This document shows, piece after piece, positions 1-8,228 of a stretch of DNA of 64,000 nt. The notes beneath the pieces are model-generated. The model worked only from the letters and a program-made list of their open reading frames with translations. It searched no databases and had not been told where the DNA came from. The first letter of the stretch is position 1; every line of letters begins with the position of its first letter. The position numbers and the translations under genes were made by a program. The stretch comes from Thermoproteota archaeon (GTDB taxonomy: Archaea; Korarchaeota; Korarchaeia; Korarchaeales; Korarchaeaceae): assembly GCA_026986575.1 (NCBI GenBank), contig JALSOH010000004.1, positions 736,001 to 800,000 on the forward strand. The letters are read 5' to 3'.

Positions 1-184
1 TGAAAGGGCGGACATAGACCTAGCGCTCAGAACAATCATGGGCGAGGGGCAATCTCCCCGATCTATCTCAGCAACTGTTCCACTTTTTCCAGAGTCCACC
101 TTACTGTAGACTTCCGACGTAATTAAATCCCGGCCTTCGTCTTGAGAGTCCGGTAATTATTTGGAGCCGAAGACCGAATGTTTT

Positions 185-221
185 TAAGGTTCTGGGGCAG
201 AACTAAGGTTCTGGGGCAGAA
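185..221. repeat. 18-bp tandem direct repeat (TAAGGTTCTGGGGCAGAA x2, period 19), each copy containing the inverted repeat TTCTG-GGG-CAGAA; probable operator
   Basis: Identical copies at 185-202 and 204-221, between a TTTTTAA TATA-like element (181-187) and the ATG at 224. Confidence 0.85.
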
Positions 222-223
222 AT

Positions 224-1255
224 ATGTTATTCGACGAAAGGCCGAAGACACGAAAGGAGGACCTCTACGATAGGGATAAAGAGGTTGAGGAGCTTAAGGG
301 TAACGTCGGGAGGCCTTTGATAATTCTAACGGGAATACGCAGGATAGGCAAGACCTCAATACTCAACGTTGCCCTCAGCGAGCTTGACGTCCCCAAAGTA
401 TTGATAGATGCGAGATCTCTCCCCAAGAACTACGGCTTAAGAGATCTCTACGGGTTGGTGGCAGATTCGTTAACTTCTTCACTAGACAAGTTTAGGGAGG
501 TGCTTTCCAGAGTGAGGGGAGTAAGGATCCTAGGATACGGGGTAGAACTCAGCTGGAGAGGGAAGGACTTCATGAGCCTCTCGGAGTTGTTCGACGCGTT
601 AAACAGGAAGGGAGGGATAATAGCAGTGGACGAAGCCCAAAGACTTAGAGGCCCCAACTCCAAGCTTTTCCTCGAGGCTCTTGCCCATGCGTACGACTAC
701 GACAGGAACCTCACTTTCGTACTCACGGGATCGGAAATCGGCCTGCTTTACGATCTGCTGAGGGTTGATGATCCGTATTCCACACTTTATGGGCGTTATT
801 ACAAGGAGATCAGGGTAAGGAGATTCTCTAGGGAGGAATCCATCGACTTCTTGGTTAAAGGATTTGAAGAAGCTGGTGTGAAGCCTAAAAACGTAGAAGA
901 GGCAGTGGATCTTCTAGATGGAATCCCCGGCTGGCTTACATTCTATGGAAAGCGCTGCCTGGATGGGAAATGTGATCCTATGGAGGTCATGAACATGGCC
1001 GTGAGCTTGGCCATGAGGGAGCTGAAAGCCCTGCTTAGGGGGAGGTCCAAGAGGTACTTCACCGTCATGAAGGCAGTGGCCTCCGGTGCGAGGAGTTGGA
1101 GCCAAGTGAAGAGGTACGTGGAGGAGGCTGAGGGTAGGGCCTTGTCCAAGAGCGTGCTATACAACGTGCTTAGTAACTTGGAGAGGCTGAGCATCCTCAA
1201 GGATTATGAGTTCCTTGACCCTGTCTACGAGGAGGCAGCTAGAAGGCTAACCTGA
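224..1255 (+). CDS. Archaeal ATPase (AAA/STAND-like) with C-terminal winged helix
   Basis: N-terminal MLFD.RPK..K.DLYDR, Walker A GIRRIGKTS, Walker B IAVDEAQ, GIPGWL motif, C-terminal wHTH-like region. Confidence 0.85.
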   Translation: MLFDERPKTRKEDLYDRDKEVEELKGNVGRPLIILTGIRRIGKTSILNVALSELDVPKVLIDARSLPKNYGLRDLYGLVADSLTSSLDKFREVLSRVRGVRILGYGVELSWRGKDFMSLSELFDALNRKGGIIAVDEAQRLRGPNSKLFLEALAHAYDYDRNLTFVLTGSEIGLLYDLLRVDDPYSTLYGRYYKEIRVRRFSREESIDFLVKGFEEAGVKPKNVEEAVDLLDGIPGWLTFYGKRCLDGKCDPMEVMNMAVSLAMRELKALLRGRSKRYFTVMKAVASGARSWSQVKRYVEEAEGRALSKSVLYNVLSNLERLSILKDYEFLDPVYEEAARRLT

Positions 1256-1491
1256 GAGCTCGAGGCGCGCGTCAGCTCTAGAAAATCCCCAAGCATTGCG
1301 AGGGCGAGCCAACGAACCTAAGGTCCCTCTCCCATCCGATTAAGACGCGTATCAGACCTCTCAAGATCAACCCAGTATCTGTACCGCTTTAATTAACCAA
1401 ACTGAGGAGTGCTGGCGGCCAGGAGCCCCTACGCCCTCACTCACATCAGGCCCATTAAAGAGGCGCAAAGATGATTGGTGATCGAAGCGAA

Positions 1492-3189
1492 TCATCTCAG
1501 GAAGAGGGCCGCCTTCTTTAACTTCCTCTTTTGCTCTAGGAACATAACTATAGCGTCTGCGGAGAGCATTCCCACCACCTTTTCCTTCTTTGGATCTATT
1601 ACTGGGAGACAGCAAACCCCGAACTCGTACATCTTATCCAAAGCGGTCATCAGGTTATCATCGGGCTTGAGGAAGTCCACCTTTCTCACTATATCTATCA
1701 GCTTCACCCTATCCCACTCCGAGGTGGGAATGCTGTTCACGTCCCTCAATGCGACGATCCCCACAATCCTTCCATCTTTGGCCTTTACTGGAAAGACGAA
1801 GTGATCTCTATATTTGAGGAAGTACTTGTTGAAGAACTCCTTGACTGTTAGGTCGTCCCTTAACACGGGCGGCGGGGAAACCATCAGCTCCTTCACTCTA
1901 ACCCTCTCCAATTCCTCTATCTTGGTGGTTTCCACTATTTTCTGGTTCTTGGGGAGGGAATACTTCCCCGATACTATGTAGGCGACGGCAGAAGCCACTA
2001 ACCCGGGGATCACGTAAGCCTCGGACCCTGTAGTCTCAGCGACGAAGGATACGGCTGCTAGAGGAGTCTTGAACGCGGCGGCCAGGAAGGAGGACATCCC
2101 CAATGCTACGAAGAGGCTTGTGACGCTCGGATCCATGGTACTCATCGCCGACCCTAGGGTAGCGCCTATCACTATGGAGGGGATGAAAACGCCGCCAATT
2201 CCGGCGCTCCCTAAGGTTAGGGCTGTGGCGATCATCTTGAGTACCGCCATCCCGAAGAAGAAAGTCGCATCACCTCCCTTGAAGGATAGCCTGACCAGAT
2301 CGTAGCTCAAACCGAATGGATACAGGGTTTTCGTTGTCATTAGGGTAGCGGTCGCGAGCAGCCCGACAGAGGCTCCTCCTACAACTCCCCTGAGTGTATA
2401 ACTCTTCCCTTCCATGATTCTTTCAACTAGTGAGACCGTCCTCACGAAGATGACCGAGAAAAAGCCCATAACTAAGCCCTCTAGGAGCCCTATACTGAGA
2501 ATGTAAAGGTCGACCTCGCCAAAGGGCTTGAAGGCCTTGAATATAGGTTCAGCTCCCAGTATGGATATGAGGGTCAGGTAGGAGACCACGGACGATATGA
2601 GCGCGGGGACCACCGCCTGATGCGCCATGTCGTCCTTGTAAGGGACCTCTAAAGCGAACATGAGTCCGGTCAGGGGAGCCTTGAATATGGCGCTCATTCC
2701 TGACGCTGCTCCCGTCAACAGCAGGATTCTTCCGTCCTCCTCTATTCCCAACCTATCCATGAGCCTCTTTACGGCAGCCCCAACCGCACCACCTATGTGG
2801 ATGCTGGGTCCCTCTAGACCGGCGCTGCCTCCCGACCCAACGGTCAGAACGGCACCTAATGTCTTTATGGGAGCATCTTTGAGTACCATCTCGCCGTCCC
2901 TGTAATGATAGGCCTCTAGAACCTCCTCCGTTCCGTGAAAGTGGGGCAGCTTGGTCAGCTTCTCTCTGAGCATTCCCGTGACCGATATCCCGATGAAGGG
3001 GACTATGGGGATGAGCCACAGATATCCACTTTCAGCGATCTTCCTCAACATGAGCTCAGAGGCATCTAGGACAGATATCTCCAGCAGGGAAACGAGCAGT
3101 CCCGTCAGGAATCCCACGATGGAGGATACTGTCACCCACTTCACTAGCATCTTGTAGAGACCCGTGGATGGGCGACTCACCCTGACCAT
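1492..3189 (-). CDS. CLC-family chloride channel/antiporter with C-terminal CBS pair
   Basis: GGSAGLEGP, FKAPLTG and GGVFIP CLC motifs, many TM helices, two CBS domains. Confidence 0.9.
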   Translation of the reverse strand: MVRVSRPSTGLYKMLVKWVTVSSIVGFLTGLLVSLLEISVLDASELMLRKIAESGYLWLIPIVPFIGISVTGMLREKLTKLPHFHGTEEVLEAYHYRDGEMVLKDAPIKTLGAVLTVGSGGSAGLEGPSIHIGGAVGAAVKRLMDRLGIEEDGRILLLTGAASGMSAIFKAPLTGLMFALEVPYKDDMAHQAVVPALISSVVSYLTLISILGAEPIFKAFKPFGEVDLYILSIGLLEGLVMGFFSVIFVRTVSLVERIMEGKSYTLRGVVGGASVGLLATATLMTTKTLYPFGLSYDLVRLSFKGGDATFFFGMAVLKMIATALTLGSAGIGGVFIPSIVIGATLGSAMSTMDPSVTSLFVALGMSSFLAAAFKTPLAAVSFVAETTGSEAYVIPGLVASAVAYIVSGKYSLPKNQKIVETTKIEELERVRVKELMVSPPPVLRDDLTVKEFFNKYFLKYRDHFVFPVKAKDGRIVGIVALRDVNSIPTSEWDRVKLIDIVRKVDFLKPDDNLMTALDKMYEFGVCCLPVIDPKKEKVVGMLSADAIVMFLEQKRKLKKAALFLR

Positions 3190-3316
3190 TTTCCCTCCCC
3201 TCGCCCTTCCACAGTAAAATAAAAAGGAATTTGGACCCCTGACGCCCCTGAGTTGCTTACATTGAATAAGTTAATTAGCAAGAGGCCGGGCCTCATCGGG
3301 AAGGGAGCGTGAGAGC

Positions 3317-3700
3317 ATGACGTTGGCTGATTCCCTCTCATTCATCAGGAGGGATAACTACCTGATTATGTCCTTCCTGATAGGGTTCATCGTGGGTCTC
3401 ATTCCGGGGATAGGGGTTCTGGGACCCTTGGTCGGGGGCTTCCTCTATTCATACTTCTCGATATTCTATGGCGAGATACCTAAGGATCAGGTAGAGGCGA
3501 TAAAGAGGGGCGCCGTGATGGGTGCGATCCTGTCGCTAGTGGACTTCGTAGTGGTTCTGCTCTTCTGGGGACCTATGCTCCCCATGGGCATGATGATGTC
3601 CTTTTCCGCCCTCGTGTTGATAAACGCCTTCGTCGTCGGTCTCATCATAGGGGCCATACTGGGAGGGATAGGGGGCTTCCTCTCCCTTCAGGTCGAGTAA
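3317..3700 (+). CDS. Small integral membrane protein (DUF5518-like)
   Basis: About 4 Gly-rich hydrophobic helices; IPGIG..GPLVGGF and GAILGGIGG motifs. Confidence 0.65.
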   Translation: MTLADSLSFIRRDNYLIMSFLIGFIVGLIPGIGVLGPLVGGFLYSYFSIFYGEIPKDQVEAIKRGAVMGAILSLVDFVVVLLFWGPMLPMGMMMSFSALVLINAFVVGLIIGAILGGIGGFLSLQVE

Positions 3701-3787
3701 CCACTCCTTCCCCTCCCATCCATTCACCCATTTATCACCCCAAACGGTTTATTAATGCAGAGGATTCCAGCCCTCTTGGTGTCTTAA

Positions 3788-5158
3788 GTGAGCTGGTCTG
3801 TCCTCGAAGCCCTGAGAACCAACCCAGATGTCCTAAAGGAGAGCCTGAAGAAGAGGTACCTGTCCACGGACCTAGTCGACAGGGCATTGGAGCTCGATTC
3901 TAGGTGGAGGGAGGCCGTAACTGAACTCAACAGGCTGAGGGAGAGGAGGAACGAGATAAATAGGGCCATCCCCCATGCCAGCCCTGAAGAGAGGCAGGAA
4001 CTGATAAAGAGATCAAAGGAGCTAGGAGCTAAGGTCAAGGAGCTGGAAGAACTGGTAAAGAATCTATCTGAGGAAAGGGATACCATCCTCATGTCTCTAC
4101 CGTCAATTGTGCACGAATCAGTCCCAGAGGGGCCAGATGATACGTATAACGTCCCTGTGAGGTTTTGGGGGATCCCTAAGGTTCCTAAGAGCAAGCTGGA
4201 GAGGTTCAGGGAGGAGACCTCTGGATTCGATGTGGAGTACCGGGTGGTGGACTGGGAACCTAAGGGTCACGCGGACGAGCTGGAACTGGTGTTGAAGCAG
4301 GGAGACACCCTCAAAGCTGCTCAAGTATCGGGAAGCAGGTTCTTCTACCTCTTCAAGGACATAGTGTGGCTGGAGCAGGCTCTAGTAATGTTCGCGCTTG
4401 ATCACATCACTAAGAAGGGCTTCATCCCCGTGTTACCGCCCTATATGATGAGGGAGCAGTACTACTTGGGCGTGACGGACCTAGAGACGTTCAAGGACAG
4501 CATCTACAAAATAGAGGGGGAGGACCTCTACCTCATAGCCACATCTGAGCACCCACTCATAGCCATGCACGCCGGAGACACCTTCACCGAGGATGAGCTG
4601 CCTCGCCTCTACGTGGGCGTGAGCCCCTGCTTCAGAAAGGAGGCCGGAACCCACGGCAAAGACACGAAGGGAATATTCAGGGTACACCAGTTCACCAAGG
4701 TCGAGCAGATCGTCTACTCAAAGCCTGAGGAGAGCTGGGAGTGGCACGAGCGTCTCATCAGGAACGCAGAGGAGATATACCAACAGCTAGAGATCCCCTA
4801 CAGGATCGTGAACATAGCTGCTGGCGACTTGGGCGCCTGCGCGGCCAAGAAGTACGACTTAGAGGCTTGGTTCCCCGCTCAGGGAAGGTATAGGGAGCTG
4901 GTCAGCTGCAGCAATTGCGTGGACTGGCAGAGTTACAGGCTCAGGATAAAGCTCGATAGAAAGGGGAGGAGGGAGTTCGTGCACACGCTGAACAGCACGG
5001 CTCTAGCAACTACTAGGACTATATGCGCCATACTGGAGAATCACCAGCGGGAAGACGGCGTCGTGGAGATACCAAAGGTCCTCAGGGGGTACTTGGAGCC
5101 CTTCGAGGCGGCTCCGAAGGAGGTAATAGAGCCGATAAAGAGGCTGTTGAAGGAGTGA
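3788..5158 (+). CDS. serS: Seryl-tRNA synthetase
   Basis: N-terminal coiled coil, LIATSEHPL, FRKEAG..GKDTKGIFRVHQF, ELVSCSNC, HTLNST. Confidence 0.97.
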   Translation: MSWSVLEALRTNPDVLKESLKKRYLSTDLVDRALELDSRWREAVTELNRLRERRNEINRAIPHASPEERQELIKRSKELGAKVKELEELVKNLSEERDTILMSLPSIVHESVPEGPDDTYNVPVRFWGIPKVPKSKLERFREETSGFDVEYRVVDWEPKGHADELELVLKQGDTLKAAQVSGSRFFYLFKDIVWLEQALVMFALDHITKKGFIPVLPPYMMREQYYLGVTDLETFKDSIYKIEGEDLYLIATSEHPLIAMHAGDTFTEDELPRLYVGVSPCFRKEAGTHGKDTKGIFRVHQFTKVEQIVYSKPEESWEWHERLIRNAEEIYQQLEIPYRIVNIAAGDLGACAAKKYDLEAWFPAQGRYRELVSCSNCVDWQSYRLRIKLDRKGRREFVHTLNSTALATTRTICAILENHQREDGVVEIPKVLRGYLEPFEAAPKEVIEPIKRLLKE

Positions 5159-5160
5159 GG

Positions 5161-6546
5161 TCAGAACCACAACTTCCCCGGATTCATTATACCGTTGGGA
5201 TCCAGCAATTCCTTTATCCTCCTCACGACCTCTAGGTAGCCTTCCCCCCTGACAGCTTTTATCTCCTCTAGGAAGAGTTCCTTCTTCGCCAAGCCTATTC
5301 CATGCTCACCGCTTATCGCACCTCCCAGCTCTACAGCCAGCCTCCCTATCTTGACGAACATCTCTTTAGCCTTTCTGAGCTGCTCCTCATCCCTCGGGTC
5401 GAAGCATATGGTGGGATGGAGGTTCCCGTCGCCAGCATGTCCGAACACGGGCATCCTCAACCCGTACTCCTTTCTAAGCTTCTCCAGCTCCCTCAGAGCT
5501 ATCATGAGCTTGCTAAGCGGCACGGTTATGTCCTCCAAGAGCACGCCTGGATAGGCCCTAGTCACGGCGGCGTAGGCCCCCTGCCTCGCTAGGTAAAGCT
5601 GCTGCATCTCCTCTGGATCGTCACTGGCCCTGGTTCTACCTCCGCTCTCCTTCATGACCTGCTCCACCTCCCCAGCCATCCTCCAGACTGCCTCCCTCGG
5701 TCCATCGACGTCGGCCACGACCATTGCCTCGGCCACCTCAACACCATATCCTAATACCTCGTTCACTATCTCTATTGTCTCCCTGTCCAGCAGCTCAAGC
5801 ATCATCGGGACGTAACCCCTCCTCCTTACCTGCGAGATAGCACTTCCGGCGTCTTCAAGCCTGTCGAAAGTCCCCATGACCCTGACGACCTTCTCCGGGA
5901 GGGGGTATATCTTGAGCCACGCCCTAGTTATCACCCCCAACGTTCCTTCAGACCCTATGAAAAGGGAGAGCAGGTCCGGGCCCCACCTCCACTTGTAGAC
6001 GGGCTCCCCTATCCTGAGCTTCCTTCCTCCAGCTAGATAGACCTCCATCGCGAGGACCCAGTTCTTCATCACCCCGAACTTGGCGCCTCTCAGCCCGCCA
6101 GCGTTCTCTGCCAGCGCACCACCTATGGTAGCCACCCTAGAACTGGCAGGGTCGGGAGGGAAGAAGAAACCGAACTCCCTGCACGCCTTGTCTACCTCCA
6201 GAACCGTCGCTCCTGCCTCAGCCATCACGTAACCGTCATCCACGTTAACTTCGACCCTGTTCATGGGTGTCAGGTCCAAGACTATGGACTCAGGACTCGT
6301 GGGTACGGGAGCTCCGGTGAGAGAGGTGCCGCTCCCCCTCGGAACCACGGGAACGCGCTCCCTATCTGCCACCTCCAGCACGACCCTCACGTCCTCCTCG
6401 GAGCTTGCTCTCACCACGGCGCCGGGAGCCTGCTTGAACTCCGTGCTAGCATCCAACGAGTAGGCGTACACATCCTCGGGCTCCGTTAGAACCTTCTCCC
6501 TCCCTATCTTCTTGGATATCTCGGAGATTGCTTGGGAGAATCCCAT
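5161..6546 (-). CDS. FAD-linked oxidoreductase, GlcD/D-lactate dehydrogenase family
   Basis: PRGSGTSLTG, FPPDPAS, NAGG...KFG, GSEGTLG, GHAGDGNLH, GEHGIG, NPGK; start moved to the ATG at 6546 behind a GGTGGTGA RBS. Confidence 0.9.
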   Translation of the reverse strand: MGFSQAISEISKKIGREKVLTEPEDVYAYSLDASTEFKQAPGAVVRASSEEDVRVVLEVADRERVPVVPRGSGTSLTGAPVPTSPESIVLDLTPMNRVEVNVDDGYVMAEAGATVLEVDKACREFGFFFPPDPASSRVATIGGALAENAGGLRGAKFGVMKNWVLAMEVYLAGGRKLRIGEPVYKWRWGPDLLSLFIGSEGTLGVITRAWLKIYPLPEKVVRVMGTFDRLEDAGSAISQVRRRGYVPMMLELLDRETIEIVNEVLGYGVEVAEAMVVADVDGPREAVWRMAGEVEQVMKESGGRTRASDDPEEMQQLYLARQGAYAAVTRAYPGVLLEDITVPLSKLMIALRELEKLRKEYGLRMPVFGHAGDGNLHPTICFDPRDEEQLRKAKEMFVKIGRLAVELGGAISGEHGIGLAKKELFLEEIKAVRGEGYLEVVRRIKELLDPNGIMNPGKLWF

Positions 6547-6563
6547 GACATCACCACCCATAA

Positions 6564-7955
6564 TCAGGTTACACCGGCCTTCCCGGAGTATATGGCGTAG
6601 GCCCTGCCATAAACTATGAGCTCTTGGACATGGAGTCCCACCGGACAGGCTTGAGAGCACTGTCCGCAGAGAACGCACGAGTAGAGCCTATCCAGAACGG
6701 CCTTGGGCCTTACGGGATCACCCTTTACGAGGGAATTTATCAAAGTCATCCTGCCCCTCGCCGACCTGCTCTCCAGCCTGTCCAATGCTTTGGCCGTGGG
6801 ACACTCCACATTGCAGAAACCGCACTTCTTGCATTTGTCCGTCTCCCACTCGAGCATCTCCGCCAAGTCTTTTAGCTCTAAGCTCTTAGGCTTGGGGCTT
6901 GGCGGGAACACCCTGTACCTACTGAAGCGTGGTTCCTCCGGCATCGCCTCCTCGATGCCGTTCCTCATCGCCTCGGCCACCAAGGATGCGAGATCCTCGA
7001 CGCTGATGTTCACGCCAACGGAATCGAAGCCCGTCCTGAGCATCATTATGCACGCCGGACAGGAGGTGAAGACCATCTCAGCTCCAGTACTCTTCAACTC
7101 CTCTATCCTCTCGTAGGAGACCTTCCTAGCTAGGGGAGGTTGCGTGAGCTCCAGCCCCCCGTCACCGCTGCACCCTGTATTCACTCCATGCCTGGGAGGC
7201 TCCACGTACTTCACACCATCGATCCTGCTGAGAATAAATCTGACCTCGTCCACCACTCCCAGAGTCCTCGCTAGGTAGCAGGGATCATGGTAGGTGATCT
7301 TAACCTCCCTACCTAGCCTCAGGCGCACGCCCCTCCTCGCCATCTCCCTCGCGACGACCTCGACGAAGAGTAAGGCTTCCACATCCCACCCCTCGACGAA
7401 CTCAGGGTAGTAGAGCCTGAAGGCCGTCGCAACTATCGGATCCAGCGTGATCACCCTCTTCACGCCCAGCTCCCTGAGCCTCTGGTGGACCCATTCTGCA
7501 TGCTCCTTGAACTCCCTCAGCAGCCCGTAAGTGTGCAGCGCGACGCCTGAGGGAGGTTCGTCCTCGAAGAGGTAGCCGACCTCAATACCGAGGTTCTTAA
7601 GCACGTAGATCGCGTCTCTCAAACCCTTTTCATATCTCTCGTTGATCCTACCCCACAAAGCCTTGGTACCAACGGTGTATATCCCGAGCTTCCTCATGAT
7701 GGGTCCGGCCTTTGCTAGAGAGTTGATGTCCATCAAACCCTCCAGCCTCTTCAAAGCCCTGAAGGCCCCCTCCGCGTATCCCATCACCGGGTACATCTCG
7801 CCGGCGTAGAACACTGTACCATCCACTGGACCTCTAGGGAGTAATCCCCTGGCCCACCTCGTCCTCTGATCCGCCCCCAATCCCAAGACGTCGCCGACAG
7901 AAGTTGTATTTTCCGCGGCGAACCTCACTATCTCCGGGACGGCCGTTCCCTTCAC
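6564..7955 (-). CDS. GlcF/HdrD-like Fe-S protein (CCG domains plus C-terminal 2x[4Fe-4S])
   Basis: YHDPCYL, GCSG and TSCPAC CCG motifs; CKKCGFCNVECP and CVLCGQCSQACP at the C-terminus; directly upstream of the GlcD-like gene. Confidence 0.85.
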   Translation of the reverse strand: MKGTAVPEIVRFAAENTTSVGDVLGLGADQRTRWARGLLPRGPVDGTVFYAGEMYPVMGYAEGAFRALKRLEGLMDINSLAKAGPIMRKLGIYTVGTKALWGRINERYEKGLRDAIYVLKNLGIEVGYLFEDEPPSGVALHTYGLLREFKEHAEWVHQRLRELGVKRVITLDPIVATAFRLYYPEFVEGWDVEALLFVEVVAREMARRGVRLRLGREVKITYHDPCYLARTLGVVDEVRFILSRIDGVKYVEPPRHGVNTGCSGDGGLELTQPPLARKVSYERIEELKSTGAEMVFTSCPACIMMLRTGFDSVGVNISVEDLASLVAEAMRNGIEEAMPEEPRFSRYRVFPPSPKPKSLELKDLAEMLEWETDKCKKCGFCNVECPTAKALDRLESRSARGRMTLINSLVKGDPVRPKAVLDRLYSCVLCGQCSQACPVGLHVQELIVYGRAYAIYSGKAGVT

Positions 7956-8060
7956 CCGAGGACTTACTACCCTCGCTTACTTATTAGTGGAATGGATCCG
8001 ACCCGGAGAATAGCCCACTCCCCCGGGACTCCTGACCTCAGCCGAGGGACCCAAGATACC

Positions 8061-8068
8061 TTTATAAA
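8061..8068. promoter_or_regulatory. Palindromic TATA box (TTTATAAA), possibly bidirectional for thrS and the glcF/glcD-like operon
   Basis: Clearest TATA-like element in the GC-rich intergenic region between divergent genes. Confidence 0.55.
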
Positions 8069-8089
8069 TTGAAGATCGAGTGAAGGCGG

Positions 8090-8222
8090 AGAGGTGATCT
8101 CGCTGAGGAGGGATCGAGAAACTTCTCCCATATCCCTGTGATCCTCTCCTTGATCTCTCATTACTGGAGAGAGACCGCATCACCGATCCCCTGAGGCGGG
8201 ACCTCGTCTCCTTGAGGAGGTG
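8090..8222 (+). promoter_or_regulatory. Putative structured 5' leader of thrS
   Basis: Nested complementary segments (see findings) followed by the RBS GAGGAGGTG at 8214-8222. Confidence 0.45.
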
Positions 8223-8228
8223 TCTACA

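Noticed and set aside
1-140. Possible gene end at the window start (plus-strand frame ending in TAG at about 109, or a minus-strand fragment WTLEKVEQLLR)
   Set aside because: Too short to assign a strand or product.
3283-3312. GGAAGGGAGC resembling SRP RNA helix 8
   Set aside because: The paired CAGG side is missing and there is no room for a roughly 300-nt RNA; it is more likely the RBS region.
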